Position numbers and translations under genes: made by a program
From: an uncultured Opitutales bacterium
GTDB lineage: Bacteria > Verrucomicrobiota > Verrucomicrobiia > Opitutales > JABDGR01
DNA length: 64,000 nt
Assembly (NCBI GenBank): GCA_964561455.1
Contig: CAZLPS010000009.1
Span: forward strand, 13,380-77,379
Reading direction: 5' to 3'
The notes under the pieces: model-generated
What the model was told of the DNA's origin: nothing
The model's database searches: none
Seen by the model: the letters and a program-made list of their open reading frames with translations, nothing else
Part shown: in pieces, positions 60,001 through 64,000 of the stretch
Numbering within the stretch: position 1 is the first letter of the stretch
Layout: each line of letters starts with the position of its first letter

Positions 60001-62176
60001 CTTACTCATCACTGATGCGCTCAAAGGCAATTACACCATGACCTACGGGCCGCGCAACGAACGCCTTACCGAGACGAATCAGGACAACAAAACTTGGACG
60101 TACACGTATGACGCCCTCCTCCGTCCATATAATGAAACTGATCCGAATGGCCGCACGAATGCCAATACTTATAATTCGGGCGGCCAACTGATTTCGGTGG
60201 CATATTCCACCGGGCGCGCGGATGCCATTAGTTACGATGCGAACAACAATGTGCACATGCTGACGCGCACCGATTCCGGTGGGGCCACAACCGCCACTAC
60301 GCTGGAATATGACGCGATGGACCGCATCATCGGCAACTACTTAGACGCCCATTTCACGGCCGGATTTGAATATGACCCTTTGGGCCGGCGCAAAACGCTT
60401 AATTATCCTGACGGCAAGCCACTTTCGTATTCATATGACGCGCTTGGGCGCCTGACCAAACAAACCGACTGGGCCAACCGCCAGCTTAACTACTCCTACG
60501 ACAGTGCTGGCCGTCTCCAGACCCGCACCTATCCCAACGGCGTGAGCCAGATCAATGGTTATGACAACGCAGGCCGGTTGACTCTGCTACGCTATTCCTC
60601 CACTGCCTCCAACACAACGCTACTCGAATACGAATACACTTACGACCCCAATAACAACCTTTCTTCGTCGGATGAAGTGGGCACGCTCGATTGGACACCG
60701 CCCGCGCATCTGCCCAACGAAACCTCCGCCTTTACCGCTGCTGGCCGCCTCGTCACCCGCCAGGATGCGGCTGATACTTCAGGAAAGCACAATTGGTCTT
60801 ATTCCTACGACGACGCCGGGAACATGAACAACGCCACGCGCAATGACGGCGCGAAGTATCAGCTCACCTACGACGAGCAGAACCGTACCACCCGCATCCA
60901 GTGGACGCCTGGCCAGGCGGGGCTATCAGGTGCAGCCTCCGCCGCAGACATTACCAACCATTACGATGCCTTGGGTCGCCGCGTTTCACGCACCCTAAAT
61001 GGCACGGAAACGCGCTACGCGCTCGACCTCGGCGGCTCCATGGAGCGCGTCCTGTGCGACACGGATGCCACCGGGAAGATTACCGCTTGGTATGTCCATG
61101 GACCCGACCTGTGCTATAAAATTACCCTTGACGGAAACGATCAGGAAGTCCTCACGGACTACCATGCCGACACAGCGGGCAACGTCGTCATGCTCACCGG
61201 TGCCAACGCCACCATAGCGGAAAAATATGCCTTTACGCCCTATGGCCGCCTCCTCGGCGAACAAGCCACGAGCGGCACCCTCTCCGGCAACCCCTACCGC
61301 TTTGCGGGTTCACAAGGCGTCATAGAGGAACTCCCTGGCCTCTCCTTCATGCGCGCCCGCTACTACCTCGCTGAAGAGGGCGTGTTTTTAAGCACAGACC
61401 CGGTGAAACATGCCGGTCCTGAGTGGGGATCAAAAACGTATGTTTACACAAATGGGAACCCTGTTGGTTTTATTGACGCAGATGGAAATGGTCCCATTGA
61501 GGCAATACTTGGTGCTGCGGTTGGAATGGTCGCTGGTTTTACTTCGGAGGTGGTCAATCAAAGCATCAATAAGTTTTTAGAGCACCGTCAATTTGATTGG
61601 AATGAAGTTGTAACCTCAACTGCGGCTGATGGATTGGGCGGACTTGCCGGTGGACTTGCAGATGATCCTGCCGAAGGAGGAGCTGTCGCAGAAGATTACC
61701 GTGGTTATATTAGAGCAACTTCCAATGGCGAGGTATACACTTCGCAACAGTTTCTAGCCGACTCAATTAAGGGCGCTGCTACGGCTCAAATCCTAGATCA
61801 AATGTACAGTTCAAGTTTTGGAAACGTTCCCGGTGTTAAACCATCTACCATTAGCGGTGCGTTTCAAGGGGCACACTTTGTAGACACAGTTGCGCGAAAT
61901 TCTAGTGCCGCTCTTGAAGAAGTGATTCAAGCCACCACTGCATCACATCAAGCATCCTCCTTGAACTCATTTCAGTCTACGAAGGCTATCGCGCCTTCCG
62001 TCAATTCCGGGACTTCTAGCTCTGGCGGTGGGAGTTCTATCACCATCCCGAAGGGCGCAACGCTGTCGGGCATTGCCGCGCAGAATAACACTACCGTTTC
62101 AAATCTCCTTAAGCTCAATCCCCAGATCACGAATGCGAACAAAATCCAGGCTAATGCAAAGCTGAAAGTGAAATAA
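57038..62176 (+). CDS. LamG-domain RHS/YD-repeat protein with variable C-terminal tip ending in a LysM domain
   Basis: The N-terminal signal or anchor is VVFLVLLMGIGF. A LamG-like region runs FDGNGFLQIPD ... LTVMCWVKLS ... DRWYHVAIVRAGNVIQAYVDGEPV ... VEEVRIFQTAL. There are dozens of YD repeats, for example YVYDGAGNPTQITDPLGN and YAYDGNGNILLITDALKGN. The RHS core end reads YRFAGSQG ... FMRARYYLAEEGVFLSTDPV ... YVYTNGNPVGFIDADGNG. A 227-aa tip follows, ending in ITIPKGATLSGIAAQNNTTVSNLLKLNPQITNANKIQANAKLKV (LysM). Confidence 0.9.
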   Translation: MKFFAPSDARMSPVFLPATMRCFVVFLVLLMGIGFQNTGRGATFDGNGFLQIPDSTGSLSWNGTNNALTVMCWVKLSFPSNITLTSSDRMVVIVNRQTGSATSNTYAFLIQFNASTGNLEFQTRGSTATSTPLTLVTRPFLDRWYHVAIVRAGNVIQAYVDGEPVSPTVDASSLGNPSNTDGVSVGGWTGSRNLVGEVEEVRIFQTALNQGDIQQVMFEDLVPSDWPPLTGYFKFGPATAQSDSLKNYALAPAAGTDSASISGSGVTFPQVDQAGEQSLFDSHRNGGRDAVAPLSGAFTWQHTLFSRPTKGVGFDFTIGYSSALSFNDANPFLVTPLGHGWRHSLEARVILPDLIQGFSTLILSTWDGDLIVWDLDETNLNSTSYLARDGQYHGELQFEGSNPGASSAILDWITPDRQIYRFHTPFAGSPTTLRGRLLNIGDYAGNKITISRFTTGTLSGEINTVTDSAGSTYQFTYNASSQLTKIALNGTSWAWTFTYGLFNSGSPADNLLTSVATTGPSSVSPVATTWSFDYQAENNAWLIKTIQDPLGASNNRPAKLINVTYDTYGRKTTVDDALNRQTAFQYNLPATRQVTTTDARANTWITTYDRRLNVTAAADPYGNTTAYVYDGAGNPTQITDPLGNITHHTYDARSNVLSTTDALNFTNFATYPDNLPANAPFLNSPLTTTDATSWVQTYVYDSANGKLLRQFDGLGNLAIYTYTTTGLVQNVTDANGNVTSFAYSPEGFLASRLDPGQSTAATFTHTDFGWLATTTNPLGEVTQSFYDVNGNSVSVIDALQRNHVRVFDLNSNLIEDDDFKSQRTTYTYDDANERIGMVTRDGQHWSYQYSPTGKLAQTTVPSTSPDTPDIINTYDNADRLVKVAQTTSSTEYSVQTVYDAAGNPTTTIDRNGQEWVKTYDALNRVRTEKDPQGNQVTRTYDANGRIADIISPTGNTQHHLYDNRGRLHTWQDGEGGVWTYAYDGNGNILLITDALKGNYTMTYGPRNERLTETNQDNKTWTYTYDALLRPYNETDPNGRTNANTYNSGGQLISVAYSTGRADAISYDANNNVHMLTRTDSGGATTATTLEYDAMDRIIGNYLDAHFTAGFEYDPLGRRKTLNYPDGKPLSYSYDALGRLTKQTDWANRQLNYSYDSAGRLQTRTYPNGVSQINGYDNAGRLTLLRYSSTASNTTLLEYEYTYDPNNNLSSSDEVGTLDWTPPAHLPNETSAFTAAGRLVTRQDAADTSGKHNWSYSYDDAGNMNNATRNDGAKYQLTYDEQNRTTRIQWTPGQAGLSGAASAADITNHYDALGRRVSRTLNGTETRYALDLGGSMERVLCDTDATGKITAWYVHGPDLCYKITLDGNDQEVLTDYHADTAGNVVMLTGANATIAEKYAFTPYGRLLGEQATSGTLSGNPYRFAGSQGVIEELPGLSFMRARYYLAEEGVFLSTDPVKHAGPEWGSKTYVYTNGNPVGFIDADGNGPIEAILGAAVGMVAGFTSEVVNQSINKFLEHRQFDWNEVVTSTAADGLGGLAGGLADDPAEGGAVAEDYRGYIRATSNGEVYTSQQFLADSIKGAATAQILDQMYSSSFGNVPGVKPSTISGAFQGAHFVDTVARNSSAALEEVIQATTASHQASSLNSFQSTKAIAPSVNSGTSSSGGGSSITIPKGATLSGIAAQNNTTVSNLLKLNPQITNANKIQANAKLKVK

Positions 62177-62243
62177 CGCTTCCGTCACCTTAAATTCGAC
62201 TCCAATGACCCCGGCCAGTTCCATCAAGCAGCCCATTTACAGC

Positions 62244-64000
62244 ATGACAAAGTTCATGCTGCTGGGGCTGTTTGTGGCCAAGTCTGTCCATGCCCAAATT
62301 GCCCTGGATAACTCAATCCCGGTTGGCATCCAGACTGGCTCTTCCGAAACTCTGGCCTACACGGTGTCAGGTTCAGATACATTTTTGATCGTGGGAATAT
62401 CGGTTCAGGGAGGAGCCACCTGCACAGGCGTTTTCTACAGCGGAATTCCCATGACTCAAGCAGGAGCACCCGTTTTATATTCTGCCATTAACGAATACGA
62501 GTATACTTATATACTGCTTGGGCCTTCGTCGGGCACACATAATATTTTGGCTACTTTTAGCGGGTCTGCGGTCAATGCAATTACTGCTGCTTCCTACACG
62601 GGCGTCGCGGCTGTTGATACTACAAACATCACGTCGTCCACTTCCGCCAGAGACTGGTCAGGCACCATTACTACTGCGGTAGATGGCGAGTGGATTGTTG
62701 GATACGCCAGAGCGTCCGGGCCCATGACGGCAAGGGACAATACCATCATCAGGCAAGACCCAGTCAGTGAAAACATTATTGATTCAAACGGGGCGGTCTT
62801 TAGTTTGGGATCTAATTCTATTGGAGTACATCAAGGTTCAATTGATTTCATGTATATTGGGGCTGTAGCGCTCAAGCCGGGTGTCCAATCGGGTGGCCAA
62901 TCTGGGTGGAATTATGGGGATGGCCGGCACGGCTCCTATACGTTAACCACCAGCATGACCATCGAGCAGCTTTACCAAGCCGTGCGCCTTCCCACTGATC
63001 CGGCGCAGTACAACCCGTCAGATCCGGGCGCAGTTCCCAATTTTGCGAATTTCACCGTGGCCAACAATTCCACGCTCTCGGCGTCCGCTTGGAATGGCAC
63101 CGTCGGTGGTACAATCGTTTTTAAAACCCAATTTACGCTGCAAGTGGTGGCGGGGGCTTCGATTTCGGTCAATGGCCTTGGGTATGGCGGGGGAGCCACC
63201 TTTCAGGCAGGTGATGCACCACCGGGAAGTGGTGGCGGCGGAAGCGGGGGCGTGGTGGTAAAAAATGGCCGTTTCACGAATTATACCCCCGGCGGCGGAG
63301 GAGGTGGGTATGGATCACCGGGCGGCAACGGGATTTACGTGCTTTTTAACGGTGGACCTACCGGTGGCTGGGGTGGGAACGCTTATGGCAACGAAGTCTT
63401 GGATGCCTTACTCTTGGGTAGCGGTGGTGGCGGCGGGGCCAGTGGTGATCCTGTGTTGCGTCCGGAAGATGGCGGCAGTGGGGGTGGCGCCATAGCGCTA
63501 AGTGCCGCCCGAATTATCCTCAATGGTACAATCCAAGCCAATGGGGGTGGAGGTGGGTATACCTCCAATTCCCTCTTTCAATCTAATGGAGGTGCGGGCG
63601 GTGGAGGCGGGAGTGGCGGATCGGTGTTGATACGCACGAATTCTGCGGCTTTGGGTGTAAACAATCTTTCCGCCAGCGGTGGCGTCGGCGGGTATTTGGG
63701 TGGCACCGGCGGCGATGGCAGAATCAGAATCAATTTCTCCGCCAGCACTACTGGAACCACCTCGCCAGCAGCGTCCTTCTTTAACGACAACACCAACGAT
63801 GTGGATGGCGATGGTGTTCCAGACGCGGTCGAATGGGGGCCGGATTTGGATCATCCCAAGGACACCGATCATGATGGCATTCCCGATTTCATGGACTCCG
63901 ACAGCGACAATAACGGCATTCCGGATTCGGTGCAATTGGGCCCGGATGGCCTGGATCGCACCCAGGACACTGATGGCGATGGCATTCCGAATTATTGGGA
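62244..64000 (+). CDS. Large secreted glycine-rich protein with thrombospondin type-3-like calcium-binding repeats (3' end beyond window; absent from the ORF track)
   Basis: Hand translation shows an open frame from the ATG at 62205 or 62244 to the window end without a stop. The signal peptide is MTKFMLLGLFVAKSVHAQ. Gly-rich blocks include GGGGGGYGSPGGNG, SGGGGGASG, GGAGGGGGSGGSVLIR and GGVGGYLGGTGGDGRIRI. These are followed by DVDGDGVPDAVE, DTDHDGIPDFMD, DSDNNGIPDSVQ and DTDGDGIPNYW. Confidence 0.75.
   Translation, partial: MTKFMLLGLFVAKSVHAQIALDNSIPVGIQTGSSETLAYTVSGSDTFLIVGISVQGGATCTGVFYSGIPMTQAGAPVLYSAINEYEYTYILLGPSSGTHNILATFSGSAVNAITAASYTGVAAVDTTNITSSTSARDWSGTITTAVDGEWIVGYARASGPMTARDNTIIRQDPVSENIIDSNGAVFSLGSNSIGVHQGSIDFMYIGAVALKPGVQSGGQSGWNYGDGRHGSYTLTTSMTIEQLYQAVRLPTDPAQYNPSDPGAVPNFANFTVANNSTLSASAWNGTVGGTIVFKTQFTLQVVAGASISVNGLGYGGGATFQAGDAPPGSGGGGSGGVVVKNGRFTNYTPGGGGGGYGSPGGNGIYVLFNGGPTGGWGGNAYGNEVLDALLLGSGGGGGASGDPVLRPEDGGSGGGAIALSAARIILNGTIQANGGGGGYTSNSLFQSNGGAGGGGGSGGSVLIRTNSAALGVNNLSASGGVGGYLGGTGGDGRIRINFSASTTGTTSPAASFFNDNTNDVDGDGVPDAVEWGPDLDHPKDTDHDGIPDFMDSDSDNNGIPDSVQLGPDGLDRTQDTDGDGIPNYW

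Overview
GC-rich bacterial chromosomal window with strong third-position GC bias and many spurious antisense ORFs. The gene content (a PEP-CTERM protein with autotransporter-associated beta-strand repeats, an SHD1-like protein, RDD proteins, LptF/G, a PmoA-like DUF6807 protein) suggests a Verrucomicrobiota or Planctomycetota-type genome; this is inference only. Most of the window is housekeeping: polB, hsp20, thymidine phosphorylase, ABC and MFS transporters, two tandem Deg/HtrA proteases, aroA-tyrA-pyrE, recF, ruvC, an LptF/G permease, tRNA-Pro(TGG) and tRNA-Phe(GAA). Six things stand out. (1) An 11-gene, same-strand, translationally coupled cluster at 29.2-39.3 kb extends the function-unknown MoxR / DUF58 / DUF4350 / DUF4129 / SpoIIM-like / RDD module with three zinc-ribbon or bPH-like membrane proteins and two zinc-ribbon-RDD paralogs. 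(2) An AT-richer accessory segment starts at about 54.9 kb beside a tRNA 3'-end-like fragment. It carries an orphan membrane protein, a 1712-aa LamG-RHS/YD protein with an unrecognised tip ending in LysM and no adjacent immunity ORF, and a large glycine-rich secreted protein that runs off the window and is missing from the ORF track. (3) Degenerate heptanucleotide-periodic repeat arrays occupy many intergenic regions, usually as complementary inverted pairs. (4) Four paralogous membrane-anchored helical-repeat proteins sit in two tandem pairs, one pair with Gly/Arg-rich tails. (5) Three genes look disrupted: a RelE/ParE-type toxin and an RluA-type pseudouridine synthase are frameshifted, and one ORF is split by an in-frame TGA. 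(6) A twin inverted-repeat candidate operator lies upstream of hsp20. No CRISPR array, rRNA, transposase or integrase is visible.
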